Origin: an uncultured Clostridia bacterium
GTDB lineage: Bacteria > Bacillota > Clostridia > TANB77 > CAG-508
Length of the DNA: 64,000 bases
Assembly (NCBI GenBank): GCA_949482135.1
Contig: CASYFC010000005.1
Coordinates: 26,469-90,468 of the forward strand
Reading direction: 5' to 3'
Positions 9,501-18,010 of the stretch are shown one piece after another. Position 1 is the stretch's first letter, and each line of letters opens with the position of its first letter. The position numbers and the translations under genes were made by a program. The notes beneath the pieces were generated by a model. That model was not told the origin of the DNA. It ran no database searches and saw nothing but the letters and a program-made list of their open reading frames with translations.

Positions 9501-12500
9501 TTTGAAAATTATGATGAAGCTGCATATTCAGGAATATATTTAAGCGGAAATTCAGGAGAATCAGCAACAGATTATGATGTAGGAGAAAGAAGACTAATTA
9601 TTGAAGGTGGAAAAGTATCTAATATAATAGGTGGATTAAAAACTTATAGTAGCGATAAAAACGCCACAAGTACACGTATATATATAAAAGGAAAAGACTC
9701 AAGTGTACAAAATATTATTGGAGGATGCGTAAGAATAAAAACATCCAGTGATAGAATTATCCAAATAACCAGTGGAACTATTGAATATAGTATTTTTTCA
9801 GGTTCTAACGGAAAAGATACTACAAATGCAGATATAGGTAGCTTAGATGGAAATACTTTGGTTTATGTTGGTGGAAATGCCAAAGTTGGTGGAACGAATA
9901 GATTAACGATTAATGGAAGTGATGGAGGAGATTCACTTTATGGTTTGCAATATGGATGTATACTTGGTGCTGGAAATGGAAATTCAAGTGTTGATACAGC
10001 AGGTGTAGTTAATTCTTCACATATTATAATTGATGGAAATGCTCAAATAAAAAATAATATATATGGTGGAGGAAACTTTGCGGGGGTTAGTGGAAATTCT
10101 CAGATAGATATGTATGGTGGAGTAGTTGGTGGAACTATACATGGAGGATCTAATAATTTAGGTAGAATAACAGGAGATGCAAATATAAACATAGCTGGTG
10201 GAACTATTAATGGTAATGTAAGAGATGAATCTTCAATTACAGCTGAAGGGAAATCAAAAGAAAATGAAGCTATTTTTGCAGGAGGATATGGACTTAATAC
10301 TAATATAAATGGAAATACTAATATTAATATTTATGATAAATTTGGGAATGTAAATATAAATGGAAATATTTATGGTGGTAGTGCTATGGGAAATGTTTCT
10401 CAAAAAGCTAATATAACTGTAAAACAAGAAAATGGTAATAAAATAGAAATTTCAGGAAATATATTTGGAGCTGGAAAAGGTTCAGAAAATAATCCATCCT
10501 CAAATGGAAGTGATATTAATATAACTATAGATGGTGGCGATTATGCATCAGTATTTGGAGGAGCAAATACAAGAGGATATGTTAATGGAAATATATATAT
10601 AAATATAGGGGAGACTAATCCAACAAAAGTAGATTCAGTATTTGGAGGAGGAAACAATGCTAATTTAACTGATAGTAAAAATAGCAGTCCTGCTGAAACT
10701 TATGAAGATAATATTAGACTTGGAAAAAATGCTACAATAACTAATGTATTTAATGGTGGAAATAATGCATCAATAAATAAAGAATTTAAATTAAAATTAG
10801 ATATAAATGGATCTACAGTCACAAATATATATGGTGGTGGAAACCTAGGAGCTGTTAATGGTTCTACTTTAATTATGGTAAAAGAAAATGCTAATATCGA
10901 AACAATACATGGTGGAGGAAAGAACGGAAATATTACAGGAAATATTGATTTAATGATATCTGATTCTATTATACAAAATGTATATGGTGGAGGAGAGAAT
11001 GGACAAGTTAAAGGATTAATCAAAGTAACTGTAAATTCAGCTTCAAAAATACTTGAAGATATATATGGTGCAGGTGAAGGTGCTAATGCTACAGTAGAAG
11101 GAAACACTGAAGTTAATATAGATAGTATAACAGTTAAAAATGTTTATGGTGGTGGAAGACTTGGAGATGTTAATGGACAAACGCAAGTAAGAATAACATC
11201 ATCAATAATAGAAGAAAATGCTTATGGAGCTGGTAGAGGTGAACTTGGAGACAATGACAAAGATAATGGTCAATTTGCTACTACACAAAAATCAAAAATT
11301 ATTATAGAAGGAAACTCTATTATAAAAGGAAATGTGTTTGGAGGAGGAAATGCCTCTAATGTTGGAAATAAGGGGGTTTCGGAAGCTAATAATACATATA
11401 TTGAAGGTTGTGATGCAGAAGTATATATTTCAGGGGCAACAATAGGAACAAAAGAAAATCAAGGAAATGTATATGGTGGATCAAATCGTTCTAAAATTTG
11501 TGGAAATACAAAAATATATATTGGAAAACCAGCGTTTGATGAAGGTTATATAAAAGGTATAATAGATATAAATGGAACAGTTTTTGGTGGTGGTGAATCA
11601 AGAACAAATAGTACAAACTTTGATTATAGTTTCTTGAGTGTTAATGGTGATATTGAAATCAATATTGATGCAAATGAATATGATTTAAATATAAAAGAAA
11701 ATATTTATGGTTCAGGAAATGCATCTAGTGCTAAGAATGATGGAAATATTTATATAAATAATTTGGGAAATGAAACAGATATTAAAAAATTAAAGTCAAT
11801 TCAGAGAGCAACAAATGTTGTAATAAATAATTCTGAATTACAATTACTAGGAGATACCAATAGTACCAATATACACGAAACTACATTATATTCATTAACA
11901 AATATTAAAGAATTAATTATAAAAAATGATACTACTTTATATTTAGAACATGGTTCATTTGCATTAACTGGATTTAGTAGTTTAAAATATAATGAAGCAA
12001 CTCAAACTGATGAGGAAGCAACTGTTACAATAGAAAATGGAATGCTAGACATAAATGGAAATAATAAAATATATATGTATAATGGACAACATTTGGATGT
12101 TGTAAATGCTACTGGTGATATATATGGAACAGTAAAAGGAATGACATTCTTTGGTCAGTATAGATATGATAATTCAGGAAAAATCGACAAAGGTATATAT
12201 GGAGATGAATTTATAAATCACCAAGTAGATGAATTATTATGGAAAGATAGAGATTTTACTCAGTCATATGTTTTAGGTGCACACACACTAGATTTACAAA
12301 GAATGGGATTCTATACAGTATATGAAGATTTAAGTCCTGAAGTAGAAGCACTTAAAGAACGTGGAGAATTAAAAGAAGAAAATTATGAGGCAGAAGGATA
12401 TCATATTGGGTATATTGAGCCAACACCTAATGATGAAAAAATAGCATATGATTATTGGCATACAGGATTTGTTACAGATATAATTAATGTAGATGTGGAT

Positions 12501-14651
12501 TTAAAAGCATCAAAATATTCGACTCTTGGTGTAGTAAGTAAACCATTACAAGGAGCAGAAAAATATCCAAATGCTACTTTAACATTAGATAGTTTTAGTA
12601 TATCTAGTGGATTAGATGAGAAAGAAATAGAATTTGTAGAAACAAGTTCTGTAAATAATATAGAAACAAATACAGATGTTGCTAATAAAACTTTCGGATT
12701 ATTAATGAAAACAAGTAATAATGGATGGATAAATAATTCAAGTACAGAATTTCTTCTAAATCCTGAAAAGCATCATGCACAAGTAAATAATGAAGATGCA
12801 AGTTACAAATTTTCAGAAAATCCAAGCGATACATATAAAGGAGATAATACATATTTAGCTGGAAGCTTGCCAAATTCAGTAGCGCCAACACTAGAGTTTT
12901 ATTTATATAATTCTAATACTCTTACATTAAAAACAGGAGAAATCGGTACATACAAATTAAGAATGACTTTAACTTGTATGGCAAATAATAAATATGTGAT
13001 TGTACCAGTTATTATCAATATTAAAATAACGGCTTCAGAAGATGAAGAAAAAGAAGGATACAATGGTGTAACTACTCCAGGAGCAAAATATGATATATTC
13101 CCACAAATGGCAACTAATATAACAGATAAAAGTAGTTTTTCAACTTACTTTGAATTAGCAAGAAAAGATGAAATAACTGAAGAACAATATAGTAAGGCAT
13201 ATAGAGTTATAAATGTAGGACTTGCATTGCCTAAAAATACAAGTATTACTATGATAGATAAATCTCAAGCACAACCAGAATATTATTATTATACTGTTAC
13301 TGAACAAGATGAATTTAATAAAAAAGAAGAGTTTAGATTAGATGAGTTTATACGTATGGGAACTACAGATGTTACTAAAAAGTATCAAGATAAAGCATAT
13401 TATGTAAATGAATATAAATATGAATGTTTTATATTTATAGTAGATTTCCAAAATGCAAGCTTTAATGGTAAACAAGGTCAAATAACCAATAGTCCTAGAA
13501 TGGAAATAAAGTTGATGAAAGATGAACAAGAAACTATTTATAGATTAATAAGTTCTCAACAAAAAGATGGAAAAACTGTATATAATGTATTTGGTACAAC
13601 GTCTGAACTTACTGTAAATTCAAAAGTAAGTAATTCAAGTATATATATTGGAAACACATCTATTCTAACAATAGATTCTTCATTAGTAACACAATCAACT
13701 ATGACAGATGATAAAACACATGAGGAAAGAACAGTAGATGTCTATAATACACAATATTTTGATAAAAAACTTGGAGCTGAAATAAGAATTTTAGATAAGA
13801 ATGGAAATCAAATTAGTGATTTAAAAGGAACAACATTCCAAGTTGAAGAAATAAGAGAGGTAGATGGAATAAAGAAAAAAAGTTACAATACTTATACACC
13901 ATATAATGGTATAATAAGATTAAAACTTGCTAATATTTTTTCAAATACATCAATACCAGTGATAATAAATACTAAAAATACTACTAACGATTTTGCAAAT
14001 AAATATGATATTGAAACAAAAGTATTCGCTTCAGCAGATGGGGTATATAATGGAAGAGAAAATATCTCAAATCCAACTAGAGAAGAAATATCATTTATAA
14101 GTAATGAGTATGGTTTAAACACGACTATTCCAGAAAATCAAGTTATAATAAATAAGCTTACATCAACAACATTAGATAAAGAAGGATATCTTTCAGATGA
14201 TTTAAAAGACTTAGATTTACACATTGAATATAAATATTCAGTTGCAAATCCATATTTAACAATATCTTTGGCAAGAAGAGATTATTCTGGTAATGATATA
14301 AGTCCTATATATATATCAGAGGGAATTGATTTTGCAGACTATTTAGTTCCAAAAGATGAAAAAGAACTAAAACGAGTTCTAGATATGAATGAAGATAAGA
14401 AGGCTATAGAATATGAAGCTCTAAGTACACAAGAAATGATTGATGCAAGTAAAGATGCAAATGGAAAAAGAACAGTGGATTTAAATTATCAAATAAAAGA
14501 TAATTTACCACTAACAGGAACATATAAAATAACAGTTACATTATATGATGTAAAACAAGATAATGTAGAAACTACTGGAGATACAGATACAAATTCAGAA
14601 GAAAAATATCAATATATTGGAGATGTATATTCATATATAATCATAAAATAA
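6555..14651 (+). CDS. Giant (2698 aa) N-terminally anchored surface protein with parallel beta-helix-like Gly-rich repeats
   Basis: Uninterrupted 8.1-kb ORF. Basic N-terminus plus one TM, then an N/T/E-rich low-complexity region. Dozens of degenerate (I/V)(Y/F)GGGN...V.GN repeats lie roughly between 9.6 and 11.7 kb. No LPXTG at the C-terminus. Confidence 0.75.
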   Translation: MTRKNRRNNKTKKSQTIQRNLIRNIAVILALIVFLFVIYRFNFSSKSELTETVKINFKEFGENISLEEQELDMEVLTDADGIKYIFLPEKVNGYFVEQYYITNLEEDTNTNTSITSDNTNTLLENIIPDTNVAEEVAGLKKYYLTSQEYEENEIKQSEDNEIKVEEEIKENLKEDKKEENTISNTINNNSNTTVQNNVTNEIEKTDIEKENAIKNELQNNTVSNTVENTTDKNEVIEDKKDDSENIQDINSETMSQTGIKPGTRYNVYETNEKGKYTLGNILVEVEYQTITNEEIKLYNQELTFKDESSEITVTGYIPAEYELNCIKENSNELENQVNEYEDLKDYQMLCVYDISIQKDGVVYQPENYAWAPSVSVNIQSTDLNSLPNKDDVKLIHFADSIETIEGFETEANSIEFNAKGFSKYAVLSKRAVTETQATIDTYEDDKNYYLGKNYTDNISGENTNQYSIDNLANVTVNYHSAPEKNFRNENVEYNSEYNLTYTSDSPINISSNERLVTYTLTLDKNVTIGENWEIIIDFELNQGAAQFQFTILSNPTESYTIDNGGRQIRLNSKDYRLDNNTLSVNIIIKRTDKNLRPNIPSINLKPKIVEHLTYSYEYNISENKTGYVSATERQNLITYHKAVPIINGQVELELIDNPFMDRPFGTVNEEYSNGKTREYQSLFGFNGWKNKSDALHIIETNKDTYQQILIANVEDKNNVVIDLYVDWIPANVVFVKDGGNGDGREKENPTGTWTQAIEALKDEKNKKSAEFASDREVNIIVVTGPLSADDKALATEIPFTVTSLYDGVDYRIATNATITLNKGVKITNDLQLEYLNVIGSTNYIDTRDELNDSMKYINGNSYNLRIGRGMLPLNYAVDTTTFGQIQCGGQNNKQFKTVVESGRYCNIYVDRAQGTGNNTNFSMNGTLIVGCDYDRYIENGNSNLQIFSKITSRRNKSKNTALDANKPIYNIYIKSGMIGIDCFENYDEAAYSGIYLSGNSGESATDYDVGERRLIIEGGKVSNIIGGLKTYSSDKNATSTRIYIKGKDSSVQNIIGGCVRIKTSSDRIIQITSGTIEYSIFSGSNGKDTTNADIGSLDGNTLVYVGGNAKVGGTNRLTINGSDGGDSLYGLQYGCILGAGNGNSSVDTAGVVNSSHIIIDGNAQIKNNIYGGGNFAGVSGNSQIDMYGGVVGGTIHGGSNNLGRITGDANINIAGGTINGNVRDESSITAEGKSKENEAIFAGGYGLNTNINGNTNINIYDKFGNVNINGNIYGGSAMGNVSQKANITVKQENGNKIEISGNIFGAGKGSENNPSSNGSDINITIDGGDYASVFGGANTRGYVNGNIYINIGETNPTKVDSVFGGGNNANLTDSKNSSPAETYEDNIRLGKNATITNVFNGGNNASINKEFKLKLDINGSTVTNIYGGGNLGAVNGSTLIMVKENANIETIHGGGKNGNITGNIDLMISDSIIQNVYGGGENGQVKGLIKVTVNSASKILEDIYGAGEGANATVEGNTEVNIDSITVKNVYGGGRLGDVNGQTQVRITSSIIEENAYGAGRGELGDNDKDNGQFATTQKSKIIIEGNSIIKGNVFGGGNASNVGNKGVSEANNTYIEGCDAEVYISGATIGTKENQGNVYGGSNRSKICGNTKIYIGKPAFDEGYIKGIIDINGTVFGGGESRTNSTNFDYSFLSVNGDIEINIDANEYDLNIKENIYGSGNASSAKNDGNIYINNLGNETDIKKLKSIQRATNVVINNSELQLLGDTNSTNIHETTLYSLTNIKELIIKNDTTLYLEHGSFALTGFSSLKYNEATQTDEEATVTIENGMLDINGNNKIYMYNGQHLDVVNATGDIYGTVKGMTFFGQYRYDNSGKIDKGIYGDEFINHQVDELLWKDRDFTQSYVLGAHTLDLQRMGFYTVYEDLSPEVEALKERGELKEENYEAEGYHIGYIEPTPNDEKIAYDYWHTGFVTDIINVDVDLKASKYSTLGVVSKPLQGAEKYPNATLTLDSFSISSGLDEKEIEFVETSSVNNIETNTDVANKTFGLLMKTSNNGWINNSSTEFLLNPEKHHAQVNNEDASYKFSENPSDTYKGDNTYLAGSLPNSVAPTLEFYLYNSNTLTLKTGEIGTYKLRMTLTCMANNKYVIVPVIINIKITASEDEEKEGYNGVTTPGAKYDIFPQMATNITDKSSFSTYFELARKDEITEEQYSKAYRVINVGLALPKNTSITMIDKSQAQPEYYYYTVTEQDEFNKKEEFRLDEFIRMGTTDVTKKYQDKAYYVNEYKYECFIFIVDFQNASFNGKQGQITNSPRMEIKLMKDEQETIYRLISSQQKDGKTVYNVFGTTSELTVNSKVSNSSIYIGNTSILTIDSSLVTQSTMTDDKTHEERTVDVYNTQYFDKKLGAEIRILDKNGNQISDLKGTTFQVEEIREVDGIKKKSYNTYTPYNGIIRLKLANIFSNTSIPVIINTKNTTNDFANKYDIETKVFASADGVYNGRENISNPTREEISFISNEYGLNTTIPENQVIINKLTSTTLDKEGYLSDDLKDLDLHIEYKYSVANPYLTISLARRDYSGNDISPIYISEGIDFADYLVPKDEKELKRVLDMNEDKKAIEYEALSTQEMIDASKDANGKRTVDLNYQIKDNLPLTGTYKITVTLYDVKQDNVETTGDTDTNSEEKYQYIGDVYSYIIIK

Positions 14652-14680
14652 CAAAAGGAGACGGTAGTCTCCTTTTGTTA
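14651..14680 (+). terminator. Hairpin after the giant gene
   Basis: ACAAAAGGAGAC/GTCTCCTTTTGT 12-bp stem with a GGTA loop. The T-run lies partly inside the stem. Confidence 0.55.
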
Positions 14681-14772
14681 TATAAATTTAACATAAAAAG
14701 TATAGACTATAATTTTAAATTAATATATAATATTTATGAAATATTAGTAATTTCTCGAAAGGAATTAATACA

Positions 14773-14898
14773 ATGGATAAAGGTTTTGAATTTTCAGAAT
14801 TAAGTAACAATGAGCTACTAGAGTTATATAAAAAATCAGAAGAATATATAACTTTTTTAGAAAAAGAAAAAAGAATGAAAGGTACTGATGAAAAATGA
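14773..14898 (+). CDS. Small (41 aa) hypothetical protein, translationally coupled to the next gene
   Basis: AAAGGA SD. Its stop overlaps the next start in ATGA (14895..14898). Not in the ORF track because it is short. Confidence 0.35.
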   Translation: MDKGFEFSELSNNELLELYKKSEEYITFLEKEKRMKGTDEK

Positions 14899-16502
14899 GC
14901 GATATATTAGAAAAGTTTGACCAATATATCTCAACAAATAAGGAAGTTTTAAGTGTTTTACCAACTAATACCAAAAAGAATGTTTCTAAATACTTAGAAA
15001 AAGTTGATGAATTTTTAGTAGAGGCAGAAAAAATAAATATAGATATTTTTAATGCAATAGATGAAAGATATGAAAAAATTGTAAATGTAGTAGAAAATTC
15101 AAAAATTGGTGAGTTAACGAAAAATATTGAAAATATAAAAGACATAGAGTTATTTAATGAATTAAATACTGCTTATGAAAAGTTAGAATTTGATAAAATA
15201 AATAATAATTTAGATTGCTTTTTTGAAGGTAACTTGGAGTCTGTAAATATAAACATAAAATTGTTTATAGAAAAATTTAAGGATTGTGGAATCACTTTAA
15301 CAGCAGAAGATTTTAGTTATAGTCAGTATACTAAAGAATATATGAAAGTATTTTTTGAAGAGACTGCTGATGGAAACTTAAATACACCTAGATTAAAAGA
15401 AAAATTTGATGCTTTATATTGGAAGTGTACAGATTTAGTAACTCATATTCAATTAAATTTAAGACATTTATATAATCTTAATTCTAAAAAAATTGAAAAA
15501 TTACAAAAAGATAGAAATATTTCAATTTTAAAAAGTATGTCTGTAGACAAAAATGGATTGGTAAAAAGATATTTCGAGTTAAATGAAGAGTTAATAAATT
15601 TAAAAAGTATAGATTCAAATAGTATACTTGAGAAATTTCTTTCTGGAGAATGGAAATCAAAAGACTTTTCTGATAAAGAAATGCTTTCTTTATATTCAAG
15701 ATTATGTTCAATAAATTATTATTCTGCATCTCCTGAAAGACAAATAGAAATAGATAAAACTTTTGAAAATTTACTAAAAACGCTTCAAGAGTATAATACA
15801 TATAGGAAGTATAAATATATTTTAGATGATTTAAAATCTAGATGTAAGAAAAAAGATTCTTTTAAGGAAGAGCATGATAACAAAATTAAAGAAATACATA
15901 AAAAAGAACAAGAATTATTAAAAGAAACTGAAAACAATAAAAAATTAATAAAAAGAAAATCTAATCCATTCTTTATATTATTTAGAAAAAAATTGGAAAG
16001 AAAAATTTATGAATTTCCAGTTGCTTCAAATGCATTAATAAAAGAAATCAAAAACTTGTATAAAGAATTAGATGATTCTGAAGTTAATCTTAGAATTGCA
16101 GAATTTGTTGATGATACATGTACAATAAAATATATGTTTAAAATTGCTGTATCTTTCTATTCATATGCGTATAATATAATAAAAGAACATTACAAAAATG
16201 ATCCAGAAGTTAATATAGCAACGGAATTACAAGATTTAGTTGATTTTATAAATCAACCATATAAAGTAATGTTGAACAATATAAAATTAGTTGAAGAACC
16301 AAACATTGTTTCAATAATTTCAAATAAATATAAAATATTAAATATTAATATTGAAGAAGCAGATTTAGAAGAAAATCTAGAAGGACTTATTGCAGATGTT
16401 GAAAAAATAGTTAATAACAGAAATATTTCTAGAAGTGGTCTTAAACTAAATGATATTGAATTCATAGAAACAGTAAAGCCAATTGTTATGAAAAAGCAGT
16501 GA
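14895..16502 (+). CDS. Coiled-coil-rich cytoplasmic hypothetical protein (535 aa)
   Basis: Long ORF with K/E/L-rich heptad-like composition and no TM. Ends a few nt before the second signal peptidase gene. Confidence 0.55.
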   Translation: MSDILEKFDQYISTNKEVLSVLPTNTKKNVSKYLEKVDEFLVEAEKINIDIFNAIDERYEKIVNVVENSKIGELTKNIENIKDIELFNELNTAYEKLEFDKINNNLDCFFEGNLESVNINIKLFIEKFKDCGITLTAEDFSYSQYTKEYMKVFFEETADGNLNTPRLKEKFDALYWKCTDLVTHIQLNLRHLYNLNSKKIEKLQKDRNISILKSMSVDKNGLVKRYFELNEELINLKSIDSNSILEKFLSGEWKSKDFSDKEMLSLYSRLCSINYYSASPERQIEIDKTFENLLKTLQEYNTYRKYKYILDDLKSRCKKKDSFKEEHDNKIKEIHKKEQELLKETENNKKLIKRKSNPFFILFRKKLERKIYEFPVASNALIKEIKNLYKELDDSEVNLRIAEFVDDTCTIKYMFKIAVSFYSYAYNIIKEHYKNDPEVNIATELQDLVDFINQPYKVMLNNIKLVEEPNIVSIISNKYKILNINIEEADLEENLEGLIADVEKIVNNRNISRSGLKLNDIEFIETVKPIVMKKQ

Positions 16503-16510
16503 GGATAAAA

Positions 16511-17123
16511 ATGAGATATGAACCAGAAGTGATATCAAAAAGAGTAAAAAGAAATAAGAAAATAAAAAAATTCTCTACTATATTTTTATATTTACTTTTA
16601 ATATTTACAATGATATTTAGTTTGTTTTTAATTACTTTGGAACTAGGAAATTCAAACGAAGTTCCTAGTTTTTTTAATAATGCCATTTACACAGTATCAT
16701 CTGAAAGTATGAAGCCAAAGATGAATGTAAATGATATTATTATTGTAAAAAGAGGATATGCAAGTAATAAATATAAAGTGGGTAATGTAATCACTTTTAC
16801 AGATAATAATCGGAAATATTATTACTCATAGGATTTCAAAAATAGTAAATTTAGGCGATGATTATGGATTTATTACTAAAGGTGATAGCAACAGCATTGA
16901 AGATGAAAATGTTGTTACATATAATCAGGTTATAGGAAAAGTAATTTTAGTAATGCCTAAATTTGGTAAAATTGTTAGTATATTGAAAAATAAAATATTT
17001 TTTAGTTTTTGTATAATAACTTTAATTTCAATTTTGATATACGATATAAGAGTAAAAGAAAGAAAAATTTCTAGAAAATTAGCTAGAGAAAGATATGAAA
17101 AAAAATCAGATTTTTATTTTTAA
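16511..17123 (+). pseudogene. Second SipW-type signal peptidase, interrupted: needs a +1 shift at in-frame CGG 16811..16813 (frameshifted or recoded)
   Basis: GAGGA SD before ATG 16511. Ser motif SSESMKPKM in frame 2. After AAT-CGG the +1 frame (16812..17123) reads GNIITHRISKIV..FITKGDSNSIED..VIGKV plus a C-terminal TM, colinear with the SipW at 2190. Confidence 0.8.
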
Positions 17124-17134
17124 GGAGAATATGT

Positions 17135-17665
17135 ATGGCAGATAGTCCCGAAGAAATAGAAGCAAAAGAAAAAACAAATGATAGAGAATATTATTTGGAA
17201 TTAGTAAAAACAAGACCAACATTAATTGAATGGGCTAATGAACAAATTCGTGATGATAAAGAAGTTATATTAACAGCTGTTAAAGTTGATGGTGGAGCTT
17301 TAGAATTTGCAAGTGATAGATTGAAAAATGATAAAGAAGTTTTATTAGAAGCTGTTTCTCAAGCTGGATGGACTTGTTGTTATGCTAGTGAAAAATTGAG
17401 AGCAGATAAAGATGTATTACTAACTGCAAGTAAAAATGATGGTCAAGTATTATATTATGCAAGTAAAGATTTAAGAGATGATAAAGATGTGGTGCTAGCT
17501 GCTGTTTCTAATAAACCAATTATTCTAAAATATGCAAGTTTTAGAATGAGAGATGATAAAGATGTTGCAATGGTTGCTGTTAGCAAAGGAAAAAATAAAG
17601 TATTAGAATATATATCACATAGACTTAGAGAAGATGAAGATATAAAATCAATTTTAAGTGAATAA
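17135..17665 (+). CDS. DUF4116-type repeat protein
   Basis: AAGGAGA SD. About five tandem ~30-aa repeats of the form DDKEV(I/L)L.AV...G.AL.YAS..LR. Confidence 0.65.
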   Translation: MADSPEEIEAKEKTNDREYYLELVKTRPTLIEWANEQIRDDKEVILTAVKVDGGALEFASDRLKNDKEVLLEAVSQAGWTCCYASEKLRADKDVLLTASKNDGQVLYYASKDLRDDKDVVLAAVSNKPIILKYASFRMRDDKDVAMVAVSKGKNKVLEYISHRLREDEDIKSILSE

Positions 17666-17722
17666 TTTATGAATAAAACCTTTCTTTTTGAATATATAAA
17701 TAAAAAGAGAGGTTTTTATTTT

Positions 17723-18004
17723 ATGAAAGATTATAGTAGAGTTAGTAAATTTTTAGAAATTCCAAGAGAAGTAATTTCTAATATTCCAAAGATAACAATA
17801 ACAGGATTTGATGAAATTATGATAGAAAACTTTAAAGGAATTCTAGAATATGAAGATTATTTTGCAAGAATAAGTACAGCAGTTGGAAATATTAATATAA
17901 ATGGATTTAACTTAAAACTTAATCAAATGACAGATAATGATATTTTGGTAAGTGGAAAAATAGAAAGTTTAGATTTTGAAAATAGAAAAAATATAGAGGA
18001 GTAG
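17723..18004 (+). CDS. yqfC: Sporulation protein YqfC
   Basis: MKDYSRVSKFLEIPREVISNIPKITITGFDEIMIENFKGILEY matches the YqfC family pattern and sits directly upstream of yqfD. ATG 17723 is preferred to the track start 17669. Confidence 0.8.
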   Translation: MKDYSRVSKFLEIPREVISNIPKITITGFDEIMIENFKGILEYEDYFARISTAVGNININGFNLKLNQMTDNDILVSGKIESLDFENRKNIEE

Positions 18005-18010
18005 CTTGTT

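Noticed and set aside
10700-11107. Antisense ORF (135 aa, P/F/S-rich) inside the giant gene
   Set aside because: It is the mirror of the GGN-rich repeat region on the coding strand. It has no SD and lies fully inside a far better supported 8.1-kb ORF. The same reasoning applies to 12682..12891, 13338..13529 and 13892..14122.
17669-17722. Longer N-terminal extensions given by the ORF track (17669, 2172, 2775, 4516, 16499, 24380, 25094, 26437, 45541, 45941, 51878, 56472)
   Set aside because: Downstream ATGs have proper SD spacing and match family N-termini. Several track starts lie inside promoters, terminators or the preceding gene.
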